From: an uncultured delta proteobacterium
GTDB taxonomy: Bacteria > Desulfobacterota > Desulfobacteria > Desulfobacterales > Desulfatirhabdiaceae
Reading direction: 5' to 3'
DNA: 64,000 nt
Assembly (NCBI GenBank): GCA_963789395.1
Contig: CAWBKP010000014.1
Location: 128,001 to 192,000 of the forward strand
Shown: piece by piece, positions 10,193-20,601 of the stretch
How the letters are laid out: the number at the start of each line of letters is the position of its first letter
Position numbering within the stretch: the stretch's first letter is position 1
Translations under genes and position numbers: made by a program
Notes under the pieces: model-generated
Database searches by the model: none
The model's input: the letters and a program-made list of their open reading frames with translations, nothing else
Told to the model about the DNA's origin: nothing

Positions 10193-10466
10193 TAGAGACC
10201 CTTTTATGATTCGCTTTCATGGATATTCATTCACAAAACCTTGCATCTCTGGCTGGACGTAAATCTATATTGCAATGCCATCGCCTGCACCTTCAGATTT
10301 CAAGCAAAAATCTGATTTATTCTTAAAACAAAGAAGTTTTAGTGTCAAAATAAATGATCACCCCCTTCCCCTTTATGGACAAACCGAAGCGCTTGGAGTA
10401 TGATGTCTTTAAACGTTGCCCTGCGGAAACGAAACCCGCTCCACCAACAATTCGCAAATGATACCT

Positions 10467-11258
10467 ATGAAAGATTATTATCAGATCCTGGGGGTTTCCA
10501 AAGATGCTCCTGCGCAAAAAATAAAGACCGCTTACCGGGAAAAGGCTTTTTTGTATCATCCGGACCGCTGCAAGGATCCGGCCGGCGCGGATCAGATGAA
10601 AGCCGTCAACGAGGCGTATGCCGTTCTGTCCAACCCCCAGAAGCGGAAAGAATACGATATGCTGCAGCAGCAGTACGGTGATGCGGCTTACGGGCATTTC
10701 CGAAAGTCGTACTCGGAACAGGATATTTTCAGGGGGTCCGACATCCAGCAGATATTTGAAGAAATGGCCAGGGGATTCGGCATTCGGGGATTTGATGCCA
10801 TTTTCAAGGAATACTATGGCCAGAACTATAAAAAATTCGAACTCAAACGGCCCGGAATCAATATCCAGGGCTTTTTTTTCACTGGGGGCTTTGGAATGCC
10901 TTTTCTAAAAACACAATCCATCAAAGAAAAACTGGGAAATGTCTCCCGGCAATTGCTTCAGAAAGCGACCAGCGGCCAACCACAGAAAGGCGCCGACTAT
11001 CACGATGTCATTCACATCGATCCGTCGCTGGCAGAAAATGGCGGTCCTTACGCTTACCAACTAAAGGCCCACGGCAGAAAGCTTGTGGTGAAAATCCCTC
11101 CGGGAACGCGTGAAGGACAGAAAATCCGGCTGGCAGGAATGGGGGAAGCCGGAAGAAACGGCATGCCTTCCGGAGATCTGTATTTAAAAATCACCCTGCA
11201 GAAATCACTGTTTGAAAAAATCAAGGCCCTGCTGCCGCTGAAAAACAGAAAAAGCTGA
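10467..11258 (+). CDS. DnaJ-domain protein (CbpA-like, no Zn finger)
   Basis: MKDYYQILGVS..YHPD..NEAYAVLSNPQKRKEYD J-domain; C-terminal VKIPPG..IRLAGMG..GDLYL. Confidence 0.9.
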   Translation: MKDYYQILGVSKDAPAQKIKTAYREKAFLYHPDRCKDPAGADQMKAVNEAYAVLSNPQKRKEYDMLQQQYGDAAYGHFRKSYSEQDIFRGSDIQQIFEEMARGFGIRGFDAIFKEYYGQNYKKFELKRPGINIQGFFFTGGFGMPFLKTQSIKEKLGNVSRQLLQKATSGQPQKGADYHDVIHIDPSLAENGGPYAYQLKAHGRKLVVKIPPGTREGQKIRLAGMGEAGRNGMPSGDLYLKITLQKSLFEKIKALLPLKNRKS

Positions 11259-11274
11259 AACAGGAGCAGCCCCG

Positions 11275-12123
11275 GTGGATATTTATTATGTTGACGGCAA
11301 GTTTGTTCCATCTGATGAAGCGGTGATTCCCGTAACCGATCTGGCTGTTCTTCGGGGCCTGGGCGCATTTGACTTCATGCGGACCTATGACGGAAAGCCG
11401 TTTTGCCTTCGGGCACACCTGGAGCGGCTTGAAGCATCAACTCGGAAAATCGGGCTCCGTTTCCCCTGGACACGGGATACACTGGTGCAGCTTGTCATGG
11501 AAACGCTCAGCAGAAATTCCCACAAAGAATCCAATATCCGGGTAATCGTTACCGGCGGGTCCAGCCCGGATTTCATGAATCCACAGGGAAACCCCAGACT
11601 GATCATCATGGTTTCTCCGCTTCCCGACATGCCTGCTTGGTGGTACAGCAACGGTATTCATGTCATTACCCATATGGCGGAAAGATCCCTGGCCGGCGCC
11701 AAAAGCATCAACTATGTTCAGGCGTCCCTGGCACTTGAAACCGCCCGTCAGAAAGGCGCCCAGGAGGCCGTTTATGTCGATCTCCAGGGGATGGCGCTTG
11801 AAGGCACCACATCCAATATTTTCGTCATCACAGCCGGCAAACTGATCACCCCGGGGAGGGGAATTCTTCCCGGAATTACCCGGCAGGTCATTCTGGATCT
11901 GGCCCAGTCACATTTTACAGTTGAAATCCGGGATGTTTTTCTTTCAGAAATGCTATCGGCCGATGAGGTTTTCATCTGCGGCACCAATAAAGGCATCGTT
12001 CCGGTCGTCAAGGTGGACGACACCCTTGTCGGAAACGGAAAATCCGGCCCCAAGACCCGTATGCTGATCCAGCACTTTCCGGAATTTATCCGTACTTACG
12101 ATGCGCCACTGATTGCCTTGTAG
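11275..12123 (+). CDS. Class IV PLP aminotransferase (branched-chain / D-amino-acid aminotransferase-like)
   Basis: AHLERL, AKSINY, EGTTSNIF, ILPGITRQ and ADEVFICGT motifs; GTG start with AGGAG. Confidence 0.9.
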   Translation: MDIYYVDGKFVPSDEAVIPVTDLAVLRGLGAFDFMRTYDGKPFCLRAHLERLEASTRKIGLRFPWTRDTLVQLVMETLSRNSHKESNIRVIVTGGSSPDFMNPQGNPRLIIMVSPLPDMPAWWYSNGIHVITHMAERSLAGAKSINYVQASLALETARQKGAQEAVYVDLQGMALEGTTSNIFVITAGKLITPGRGILPGITRQVILDLAQSHFTVEIRDVFLSEMLSADEVFICGTNKGIVPVVKVDDTLVGNGKSGPKTRMLIQHFPEFIRTYDAPLIAL

Positions 12124-12139
12124 AACAGCGGAGATGACA

Positions 12140-13616
12140 ATGCCACGCAGCCGTTTCAAAATAAAATATTCCGTGTTCATCGTTTTAGCTCTGGGGATTT
12201 CGCTGGGAATGTCTCGTTATCTATTTTCCAGTTCTTCTGCTCTGGAAAATCGCGCACTATCCACCGCGCCGGCAACCGGCATACAGCCGGCGTTTGATCT
12301 GAGCACCGCCATCACCGGCGTTGCCAAAGAGAACATTCCGTCGGTTGTCCATATCGAGGTTACCCAGCGGCAGGAAATCAGCAATCCCCTGATGCCATTT
12401 GAGAACGACCCTTTATTTCGCTATTTTTTCAACGCCCCCAGGCAACTGCCCAAAAAATTCAAACAGGAGCAGAAAGGAATCGGATCGGGAATGCTCATCG
12501 ATCCCGAAGGCCACATTCTGACCAACAATCACGTGGTTGCCGGCGCCAGCCTGATTGAAGTGCTGCTGACGGACGGCAACCGTTACACGGCCAAAGTCAT
12601 TGGCGTGGACCCGAAAACCGATCTTGCCGTCATACAGATCAAGGCGGACGGGACCCTGCCCCATGTGACCTTCGGTGACTCCGATAAAATGGAAGTCGGC
12701 AACTGGGTCGTCGCCATCGGCCATCCCCGGGGCCTGGACCAGACCGTCACGCATGGCATTATCAGCGCCAAACACCGCCGGGGCATTCTTGATCCAAACA
12801 GCTACCAGGACTATCTGCAAACGGACGCCGCCATCAATCCCGGCAACAGCGGCGGTCCCCTGCTGAATCTTGAAGGAAAGGTGATCGGTGTTAATGCCGC
12901 TATTTTTTCCGAATCCGGAGGGTTTGAAGGTATCGGTTTTGCCATCCCCAGCAACATGGCTGTCTACATTGCCCAGGCCCTGATCAACCATGGCAAGGTG
13001 GAGCGCGGTTGGCTGGGGATAACGATTCAGGAGTTGACGCCGGATGTCGATCAAAGCGATGAAACTGAGTATTTCCAAAGGCGCACTCATAGCAGACGTG
13101 ATCAAGGGGGGACCGGCCGATACCGCCGGTATCCAGAAAGGCGATGTGGTGACGGCTTATCAGGGAAAGGAAATACCAGACGGATCAGCCCTGCAAAGCG
13201 ATGTCGCCAATACGGCGATCGGCCAGGAAGTATCGCTGACGGTGTTTCGGGACGGCAAAACACGGGATCTTACGGTAAAAATCGAAAACCTTGAAAATGC
13301 GGTTAAAAAAATGGCCCTTTCATTGAAAGGTCGTCTCGGTGGGATGGTGCGGCCGGTTACCGCGAAAGAAGCCAAAAAATATGGCCTGGAAGAAACACAG
13401 GGCGTTGTCATCGCCTCGCTTCAAAAAGGCGGCAGCCTGGCCAAGGCCGGATTTGAAGTAAACGATATCATTCTGTCCATCGACGATCAGCCTGTGAGTG
13501 ATGAACAAAGTTATGTCAATCTGCTTGAAACACTGAAACCGCGGCAGACAATCGAGATATTGGCACTCGATCACAACTCCGGCCAAACCGCCTATGTCCA
13601 GGTAAAGGTCCGATAG
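12140..13616 (+). CDS. HtrA/DegP-family periplasmic serine protease with two PDZ domains; one frameshift near 13048
   Basis: ILTNNHVV, KTDLAVI and QTDAAINPGNSGGPL motifs; the PDZ region continues in ORF 13044-13616. Confidence 0.92.
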
Positions 13617-13654
13617 GAAAACATGGGCAACTCTTTAACTAAACGACTGTATCC

Positions 13655-14584
13655 TTATCTTGTCGCCTTATAAACCTTGCTCTGTACTGCTTCCTCAAGT
13701 GCAGCCAGAGCCTCCTGGCACAGAACTGTAACGTTGCGTTTCTGATCCAGGGACAAAGATAGAGAGAGGACATTGCTGTTCTGTCGCGACAATTTCATTA
13801 CTTCCGTATTGATCCGCCAGAACTCGGCATAGGCAGATTTCGCCGCTTCAATCTGCGGCTTGCTTTTCGGATTCATCAAAAACGACAGGGCGTCCAATGA
13901 CCGACTGATCAGTGCATCCTGTGTTTGAATCGTTGTCTCGATCTCGTCCATTTTCTCCGGCCGGCTTTCGGCAATATGGGGGGATTGCAGCGCAAGAATT
14001 TTAAGCGCGGCAATCAGCGACCGCTGCGTCAATCTGATAATTCTGCAGGCGGTGTCTTTTGAATCGTCGCTGTTCATCAGGGCATAAAGGGCCCTCTCCA
14101 ATTGTTTGAGCGCTGTCTGCGCAGAATCATACGAGAGCGCGTATGCCTTCAGGTTCGTGTTCAGGACGGACAATGGCAACAGTTCCTGGTCAATCTGCCG
14201 GAACCGCTCCCAGCAGGTGCTAAACTCCCGATAAAGATCCACTTCCCGTCCCGTTTTTTCCGATTCAATCAATGCGCCAAGTTCCAGGCTGGCATCTTCT
14301 ACGGCAGTGGAAAGCTGCTGGGCCCGATCGGCATATGCACGGGAAGCCTCATCGGTTTCCGCCAGGACTGCACTTTTTTCCGCTTCGACAGATGCGTTCA
14401 GGTTTACCCGCATCTCGGACACCAGCCGGATTTTTTTAACATCTTTGACATAGACCGGTTCAAAAATAATACCCGCCATTAACGGCTTCAAGTATACAAT
14501 CCATGCGGCATAACCCAAAGCTGCAACCAGCGCGACAGCAACAAGCCAGGTTCCAATTCTTTTGCCCGAATGTTTCGTATTCAT
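13655..14584 (-). CDS. Membrane-anchored protein with two MCP-type four-helix-bundle-like repeats
   Basis: N-terminal TM segment. Internal repeat F..CWERFRQIDQELLPLSVLNTNLKAYALS versus AYAEFWRINTEVMKLSRQNSNVLSLSLS. Confidence 0.7.
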   Translation of the reverse strand: MNTKHSGKRIGTWLVAVALVAALGYAAWIVYLKPLMAGIIFEPVYVKDVKKIRLVSEMRVNLNASVEAEKSAVLAETDEASRAYADRAQQLSTAVEDASLELGALIESEKTGREVDLYREFSTCWERFRQIDQELLPLSVLNTNLKAYALSYDSAQTALKQLERALYALMNSDDSKDTACRIIRLTQRSLIAALKILALQSPHIAESRPEKMDEIETTIQTQDALISRSLDALSFLMNPKSKPQIEAAKSAYAEFWRINTEVMKLSRQNSNVLSLSLSLDQKRNVTVLCQEALAALEEAVQSKVYKATR

Positions 14585-14706
14585 ATCCTGTTATCCTCTG
14601 TTTGTTTTGACAGCCGATGTTATAGGTCGGTTAACATGAGAATCACGATTTGAACTTGAAGACTACCATACCCATCTTGCCTGAAAAAGCCAATGCGTAA
14701 TTTTAT

Positions 14707-16689
14707 CTATGTTCTCATCCGTATCGGCAGGATAACGGTGGTAATCCCATCCCACTGCAGATGCCGCTGGATGGAAAAGGCTGCCTCGTTGTGCAGCATT
14801 CTATGATAGAATTTTTCCAGACGGAAAGTGATCTGCCCGGTGAATACTGTGGATCGGGGGTACTCTGCTACAATTGCCCTGCACAGATTAATGGCACTTT
14901 CCACCACATCCGTTCCCACTGCCAGACGATAGTCGGCGGCAAAACCCAGTTTTCTGGCTATATCCACATATTTTTCAAGTCCTTCGATTACCGATTGTTC
15001 TAATAACACGACTTCTTCAGCTCCCTTGAACGAACCGGAATCAACGACAGCCACGGATACAAAAATGATGTTTTTGTAGATTTTGGGAAAAGTGGTGAGA
15101 ATGGACAGCAGGGTGTGAACGCCAAACCCGCTGTATCCTGAAACCAGTTGAATGGCTGTCCGATCTTTTTTGTTCAGTGGGGCGTTGTTGGGCGGACCGG
15201 ATACGGGAAAGTTCAGCAGCGTCTTGTCAAGCTCCGCAACGCCGCTTCGTACGGCCTGGTAATGATTTCGAATCAGATAGCAGACACCAATGACAACAGA
15301 GGTGATCAGAAGCGTCATCCAGCCGCCTTCCATAAACTTCTCCACGGTGGTGATCACCAGAATGGTGGCGCAAAGGGCCAGCCCGACGAGATGAACGCTT
15401 AAATGCCGCATCCATCTGGCATCTTCCTTTCGTCGCCGGATGTAGAACCGGGACATTCCCAGCTGGGAAAGGGAAAATGTCACAAAGACGTTGATGGAAT
15501 ACATGATCACCAGGGCCGATACCGAACCGTGCGTATAGATCAACAAGGCTATGGCAGATGCTCCCATCAGAACGATGCCGTTTCGCATGGTGAGCCGCTC
15601 GGACAGGGCTGCAAACCGGTGGGGAAACCAGGAATCCACCGCCATGTTCGCCATCACCCTGGGTCCATCCACAAATCCGGTCTGGGCCGCAACCAGCAGC
15701 AATGCCCCTTCGGAAAAAATCGTGATAAACGCGATCGAATTTCCCAATCCCCAGTCGGCAAACAGGTGGTTGGCAATCACGGCATTCAGCGTCTTGCCTT
15801 CCACAGGCTTTACATCCAGAAGCGCATAGCACAGAAACAGCACCCCGGCGGTGAAGGCAAGTGAGCCCGCCATATAGGCCATTGTCCGCTTGCCGGTCTG
15901 CACCCGAGGCTCCCGCATGATCTGCATGCCGTTGGAAACCGCCTCGATGCCGGTATAGGTTCCGCCCCCCAGTGAATACGCCCGCAGGAACAGCATCAGC
16001 ATGCCGATAAAGCCGATGGTGGAAACATCCTGCCGAATGCCGGCCTGAAAACTGCTCGCCAGAGGAGCAAAGCGATCGGTATGGGTAAAGATGCCATCAA
16101 GCAGCATCACGAGATGGGTGACGATAAAGACGATAAAAATCGGTGCCATGACCACGATGGATTCCTTAACACCCCGAATGTTCAAAATAATCAGCATCAC
16201 ACACAGGGAACAGGCGACGATAACCTTATAGTGGTGAAAACTCATCGGCAGATAGCTGAAAAGCGCATCCACGCAGGCGGCAATGGATATGGTAATGGTC
16301 AGCACATAATCCACCAGAAGGGCGCTGCCGGAAATGACCCCGGCCTTTTCTCCCAGCATGTGGGTGGCAACAATATACCCGCCGCCGCCATGCGGAAAAT
16401 GCTCGATGATCCGGGAATACGCATATGAAATGATAAAAACCGTAAGGGCCGTCGCCAGACCCAGTAGAATTGCCAGATACGTATGGGTTCCCAGGGCGCG
16501 ATAGGCTTCTTCGGGACCGTATGAAGAAGAAGACAGCCCGTCAGCGCCGAGCCCTATCCAGGCCAGCACCGGAATCAGCGACATTTTGTGAAAAATATGG
16601 GGGTCTTTTACCTGCTTGGGCGCACCGATAATTGCGTGCAGGATTTTTTGGGTGACATTTTCTTGCCCTTGGTTGGTATTTGAAGCCAT
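14707..16689 (-). CDS. APC-superfamily K+ transporter, KimA/YdaO-like
   Basis: ADGLSSSSYGPEE, PHGGGGYIVA, LLVDYVLTI and YTGIEAVSNG motifs; about 12 TM plus a cytoplasmic domain; preceded by a ydaO riboswitch. Confidence 0.9.
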   Translation of the reverse strand: MASNTNQGQENVTQKILHAIIGAPKQVKDPHIFHKMSLIPVLAWIGLGADGLSSSSYGPEEAYRALGTHTYLAILLGLATALTVFIISYAYSRIIEHFPHGGGGYIVATHMLGEKAGVISGSALLVDYVLTITISIAACVDALFSYLPMSFHHYKVIVACSLCVMLIILNIRGVKESIVVMAPIFIVFIVTHLVMLLDGIFTHTDRFAPLASSFQAGIRQDVSTIGFIGMLMLFLRAYSLGGGTYTGIEAVSNGMQIMREPRVQTGKRTMAYMAGSLAFTAGVLFLCYALLDVKPVEGKTLNAVIANHLFADWGLGNSIAFITIFSEGALLLVAAQTGFVDGPRVMANMAVDSWFPHRFAALSERLTMRNGIVLMGASAIALLIYTHGSVSALVIMYSINVFVTFSLSQLGMSRFYIRRRKEDARWMRHLSVHLVGLALCATILVITTVEKFMEGGWMTLLITSVVIGVCYLIRNHYQAVRSGVAELDKTLLNFPVSGPPNNAPLNKKDRTAIQLVSGYSGFGVHTLLSILTTFPKIYKNIIFVSVAVVDSGSFKGAEEVVLLEQSVIEGLEKYVDIARKLGFAADYRLAVGTDVVESAINLCRAIVAEYPRSTVFTGQITFRLEKFYHRMLHNEAAFSIQRHLQWDGITTVILPIRMRT

Positions 16690-16731
16690 ACATTCTCCTC
16701 AACTTACTGTTGATTCACCGGGCTTATACGC

Positions 16732-16764
16732 AAAAAAGCCGTCGGTGCAAAACCGGCGGCTTTT
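16732..16764 (-). terminator. Riboswitch expression-platform terminator
   Basis: Minus strand AAAAGCCGCCGGT-TTTGC-ACCGACGGCTTTTTT. Confidence 0.8.
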
Positions 16765-16787
16765 CAAATCGCTGTCAGTTGCCCTTT

Positions 16788-16903
16788 CAATTGCCGACGG
16801 AGTTAGCTGTCGGGCTCGGGCCTGAAAGTGCCCTATCCAAAGAAGGAATTCGCCCCAAAAACCTGGGTCCCCCGCATCCTTTCTCAGAACGGATCTAGGC
16901 TGC
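16788..16903 (-). ncRNA. c-di-AMP (ydaO/yuaA) riboswitch
   Basis: Minus strand GCCTAGATCC..GGATGCGGGGGACCCA..TGGGGCGAAT..TAGGG..CCCGAGCCCGACAGCTAACTCCGTCGGC matches the ydaO consensus; upstream of a K+ transporter. Confidence 0.9.
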
Positions 16904-17081
16904 ATATTGTGAATATTGTCGGATTCTATCCTTTTTGATTTCCCTGTCAAGTAAATGTTGTCATCTGCGCCGAAACCAGCTGCGCATGATAAGAAATTGC
17001 TTTTCACAGGTTTCTGAGATAGCATGTTCTTTACAGTAATATGATGGGATGAATAATCAGACAGATCATTGGCGAACCGAA

Positions 17082-18515
17082 ATGGCAAATCCACATCAGA
17101 AAACAGATCATCATCCGGCAAGAATTGCCGGTCTTTTCGACCATCCGCTGACTTTCCCCTCTTTTCTGGATAAAATCCCGCTGGGACTGGCCGTACTCAA
17201 TACAAACCGGCAGATCGTTCTCATCAATCGGACCCTTGAAGGCCTTACCGGCTATATCAGACAGGAAATCAAGGGAATACCCTGCGCCTATATTCTTCGA
17301 AGCAATGTCTGCCAGGAGAATTGTCCGGCGCTTACCCTTCAGGATTCAGCCGATGCCGTCTGCATGGAAGCCAATATCATCAACCGGGATCGCCAGAAAA
17401 TTCCCGTTCGCATCACTTTTTCCGCCATCCGGGACAGTGACGGCCGGACCCTGGGATATCTGGAGGCCGTGGAAGATATCCGTCTTTTAAAATCCCTCAA
17501 CGGAAAAACAGAGCAGGCCTATGCATTTGGTCAAGTCATCGGACGCAGCCCTCAAATGGAAAGGATTTTTCGTGTCCTTCCGGTGATTGCCCAATCGGAT
17601 TCCTCCGTGCTGATCACCGGGGAGACAGGCACGGGAAAAGATTTTGTGGCAGAGGCCATCCATCAGGGATCGCATCGGGGAAAAAACCCATTTATCAAGG
17701 TGAATTGCGGGGCACTGCCCGAAACCCTGCTTGAATCCGAACTTTTCGGTCACCAAAAAGGGGCCTTCACCGGCGCGTTTGAAAACAAACCCGGAAGATT
17801 TCGCCTGGCGCACAACGGCACCCTGTATCTGACCGAGATCGGCGATCTGCCACTTTCTCTTCAGGTAAAGCTCCTGACATTCCTGGACGACATGGTCGTC
17901 TTCCCTCTGGGAGGCACCAAGGGCTTCCAGGTGAATGTCCGCGTGATTGCCGCCACCCACCGGAATCTGGGCTTGATGGTCCGGGAAGGCCGATTCCGGG
18001 AAGATCTTTTGTTCAGACTGAACGTGGTACGTCTGCATCTGCCGCCTGTCCGGGAACGGGGAGATGACATCCGTCTGCTGCTCGACCATTTCATGCGCTC
18101 CTATCTGACGCGATTAAAAAAACCCATCAAGGGATTTTCCGCCAAGGCGCTTCGTCTGCTTCTGGATTTCACCTATCCCGGCAATGTTCGGGAGCTCCGA
18201 AACATTGTTGAATACGCCGTCAATATCTGCGAAGAAGATCAGATTCTGCTGAAGCACCTGCCGGCCTACCTGACCGACCCCATTGCCAGAGATTGGGACA
18301 GAGAGGAAGAAAAAAAAGAAATTCAACCTCTCTGGAGCTCGGAACCCAAACACAGAGAAACCGCCAGTGACTGGGCATCAGCGGAAAAAACGATGATCAT
18401 GGACGCATTGTTGAAGGCCAGGGGAAGCCGAAGTAAGGCTGCCGAGAGCCTGGGGTGGGGAAGAAGCACGCTCTGGAGAAAAATGAAAAATTATGGGCTG
18501 GCGCGCTCAGCATGA
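17082..18515 (+). CDS. PAS-domain sigma54-dependent transcriptional activator with Fis HTH
   Basis: GETGTGKD, ESELFGHQKGAFTGA, RFREDLLFRLNV, YPGNVRELRN and AAESLGWGRSTLWRK motifs. Confidence 0.95.
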   Translation: MANPHQKTDHHPARIAGLFDHPLTFPSFLDKIPLGLAVLNTNRQIVLINRTLEGLTGYIRQEIKGIPCAYILRSNVCQENCPALTLQDSADAVCMEANIINRDRQKIPVRITFSAIRDSDGRTLGYLEAVEDIRLLKSLNGKTEQAYAFGQVIGRSPQMERIFRVLPVIAQSDSSVLITGETGTGKDFVAEAIHQGSHRGKNPFIKVNCGALPETLLESELFGHQKGAFTGAFENKPGRFRLAHNGTLYLTEIGDLPLSLQVKLLTFLDDMVVFPLGGTKGFQVNVRVIAATHRNLGLMVREGRFREDLLFRLNVVRLHLPPVRERGDDIRLLLDHFMRSYLTRLKKPIKGFSAKALRLLLDFTYPGNVRELRNIVEYAVNICEEDQILLKHLPAYLTDPIARDWDREEEKKEIQPLWSSEPKHRETASDWASAEKTMIMDALLKARGSRSKAAESLGWGRSTLWRKMKNYGLARSA

Positions 18516-18541
18516 ACAGTGTTCTCAAAAGGCTTTGACGA

Positions 18542-18883
18542 ATGCAAAAAAAAGTGTTGATTTGCCTGTACGGAAACAATGTGGCGCCCCGGTTTGATCT
18601 GACAACCGAAGTATTCATTGCTTCCTTTGGACCGGAGAACCGGATCGAGGATGAAAATACCGTGGTGCTGCCTCGGGCTTCGGCAGAGGAACTGTGCCAT
18701 ATGATTCTTTCCGCGGATATTCAGACGGTCATCTGTGGTGGCATTGAAGAAGAATACTATCAGTATCTTACATGGAAACGGATCCATGTATTCGACTCTG
18801 TGATCGGCGCCTGTGATCGGGTGCTCGAGTATTACGCAAAAGGGATGCTTCAGTCTGGAGCCATTTTGTATGACCCGCGATAG
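18542..18883 (+). CDS. NifB/NifX-family (FeMo-cofactor-binding-like) small protein
   Basis: VAPRFD and VICGGI motifs; 113 aa. Confidence 0.75.
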   Translation: MQKKVLICLYGNNVAPRFDLTTEVFIASFGPENRIEDENTVVLPRASAEELCHMILSADIQTVICGGIEEEYYQYLTWKRIHVFDSVIGACDRVLEYYAKGMLQSGAILYDPR

Positions 18884-18940
18884 ACAGCACCGCACAGCGG
18901 CGCCATTTCACTTTTTCATGCACGGTAATGGTGAGACAAC

Positions 18941-19297
18941 ATGAAAAAGCTGAGCGTTCTGCTCGTCGATGATGAAAATGAATTCGTAACCACGCTGGCC
19001 GAAAGATTATCCCTCAGGGGAATGGCTGTCAGAACCGCTGTCAGCGGGGAAGAAGCGCTGCGCATGATCGACGCGGAACAACCGCAGGCAGTGGTTCTGG
19101 ATGTCCGGATGCCGGATATCAGCGGAATGGTGGTTCTTCAGCAAATCAAGGCCCGATATCCACAGATCCGGGTCCTACTGCTGAGCGCCCATGGCTCCAC
19201 CCGAGACGGGATAGAAGGGATGCGCCTGGGTGCCATGGATTATCTGATAAAGCCGGTTAACATCGATGAGCTTGTCTTGAAACTGAGCAATATGTAG
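18941..19297 (+). CDS. Single-domain response regulator
   Basis: LLVDDE, VVLDVRMP, LSAHG and YLIKP motifs. Confidence 0.9.
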   Translation: MKKLSVLLVDDENEFVTTLAERLSLRGMAVRTAVSGEEALRMIDAEQPQAVVLDVRMPDISGMVVLQQIKARYPQIRVLLLSAHGSTRDGIEGMRLGAMDYLIKPVNIDELVLKLSNM

Positions 19298-19324
19298 TGC
19301 CTGAACGGGCTTTCCGTTCAGGCA
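19298..19324. terminator. Hairpin after the response regulator
   Basis: TGCCTGAACGG-GCTTT-CCGTTCAGGCA. Confidence 0.55.
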
Positions 19325-19405
19325 AAATTCCAATATCAAATTCCGAAACAAATTCAGAATTCTAATATTCAAATGATTTCCACCGACTGAACCAAAATAT
19401 TTATT

Positions 19406-19459
19406 ATGGTTCAATATGTTTCATTATGTCTTGATTTCAAATGGTTCAATATGTTTCAT
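19406..19459 (+). repeat. 19-bp direct repeat; candidate upstream activating sequence
   Basis: ATGGTTCAATATGTTTCAT at 19406-19424 and 19441-19459, 70-125 bp upstream of a sigma54 promoter. Confidence 0.7.
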
Positions 19460-19529
19460 ATTGGCGCATATTATTATTTATCTCCTGCCGAATTTTATCA
19501 ACATCCCGCAATCATTATAAATGCCAGCA

Positions 19530-19545
19530 TGGCATAGTCCTTGCT
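19530..19545 (+). promoter_or_regulatory. Sigma54 -24/-12 promoter (cassette copy 1)
   Basis: TGGCAT-AGTCC-TTGCT. Confidence 0.85.
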
Positions 19546-19643
19546 ATTGTGTACTGAAGAAATTTTACACAAGCATCCTTTTTCATGGGGAATGTTCGTC
19601 GGCGCATTGCTTTGTGATGCGCCTGTTGCATGGAGTTGATGGT

Positions 19644-20084
19644 TTGCCGGATTCAATAACAAGACTGCTGATTGTTGAAATTGATGATGCCTTTCGCCGG
19701 CATCTTGCCGAGCGCCTGCGCATGGAAAAGTTCAAGGTTTACGAGGCCTGCCAGGAGACTGAAGCCAAACAGATTCTGCAACGCAAAATCATCGATGTGG
19801 TGCTACTGGGAATGCGGGAATTCAAACATGGCGGGGTGACGATGCTGAAAGCCATCAAAGAATTGAAACCCCTTACCGAAGTAATTCTCATGACTCCTGC
19901 CGAAGCCATATCACTGTATGCCTCCATCCAGGCCATGAAACTGGGCGCTTTTGATGAACTCCACATCCCCTTTGACATGAGAAAACTGACTGAGCGGATA
20001 TCCGCGGCACGTCTACGAAAATTCAAAAGAGAAAATGCAAAAAAGACGGGCATTCAAAATAATCCGCAGGGTTCGGATGCATGA
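19644..20084 (+). CDS. Atypical receiver-domain protein (phospho-Asp replaced by Gly)
   Basis: LLIVEIDD..DVVLLGMR..AMKLGAFDELHIP; TTG start with TGGAG upstream. Confidence 0.75.
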   Translation: MPDSITRLLIVEIDDAFRRHLAERLRMEKFKVYEACQETEAKQILQRKIIDVVLLGMREFKHGGVTMLKAIKELKPLTEVILMTPAEAISLYASIQAMKLGAFDELHIPFDMRKLTERISAARLRKFKRENAKKTGIQNNPQGSDA

Positions 20085-20127
20085 TAATAACCGTTTTGGA
20101 TATCTATAAAATCAAGGAGATGACTGC

Positions 20128-20565
20128 ATGAAGATACGCGTGTTGCTGGTAGACGACGAAAAGGATTTTATCGATGTGCTTGCCGAGCGTTTGGAGGCCA
20201 GAGACTTTAGTACTTTCAAAGCGTATTCGGGAGATGAGGCATTGGAGTTAATCAGGGGAAAAAATGTGGACGTGGACGTGGTTGTCCTGGATGTCCAGAT
20301 GCCTGTAAAAGACGGCGTGACCGTGCTTCGGGAAATCAAAGCATTCAACCCCCTGATCGAAGTCATCATGCTCACCGGCCATTCCACAGTGGAATCCGCC
20401 GTTGGAGGCATGAAGATCGGAGCCTACGACTACCTCTTGAAACCGACGGAAACAAAGGATCTGGTAGAGAAAATCGTGCTGGCTTACAAGCGCAAGTCAG
20501 AGCATGAAAATCGCATCCGGCAGGCGGAAATCGAACGGATTCTGGCCCGAAAGGGCTGGGCCTGA
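20128..20565 (+). CDS. Response regulator receiver protein, copy 1
   Basis: LLVDDE, VVLDVQMP, MLTGHS and YLLKP motifs. Confidence 0.92.
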   Translation: MKIRVLLVDDEKDFIDVLAERLEARDFSTFKAYSGDEALELIRGKNVDVDVVVLDVQMPVKDGVTVLREIKAFNPLIEVIMLTGHSTVESAVGGMKIGAYDYLLKPTETKDLVEKIVLAYKRKSEHENRIRQAEIERILARKGWA

Positions 20566-20601
20566 TATTTTTACTGATATCGAAATGATTGGAGAGGGAA
20601 T

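Noticed and set aside
10270..10287. Sigma54 promoter for the CODH operon (AGGCGATGGCATTGCA, minus strand)
   Set aside because: GG-N10-GC spacing is correct but the -24 element is a poor match; not supportable.
18542..18883. Evidence for nitrogen fixation
   Set aside because: NifX-like domains are common outside nif clusters, and there is no nifHDK in the window.
19406..19459. CRISPR-like repeat
   Set aside because: Only two 19-bp units with a 16-bp spacer, no cas genes, and positioned as a sigma54 enhancer.
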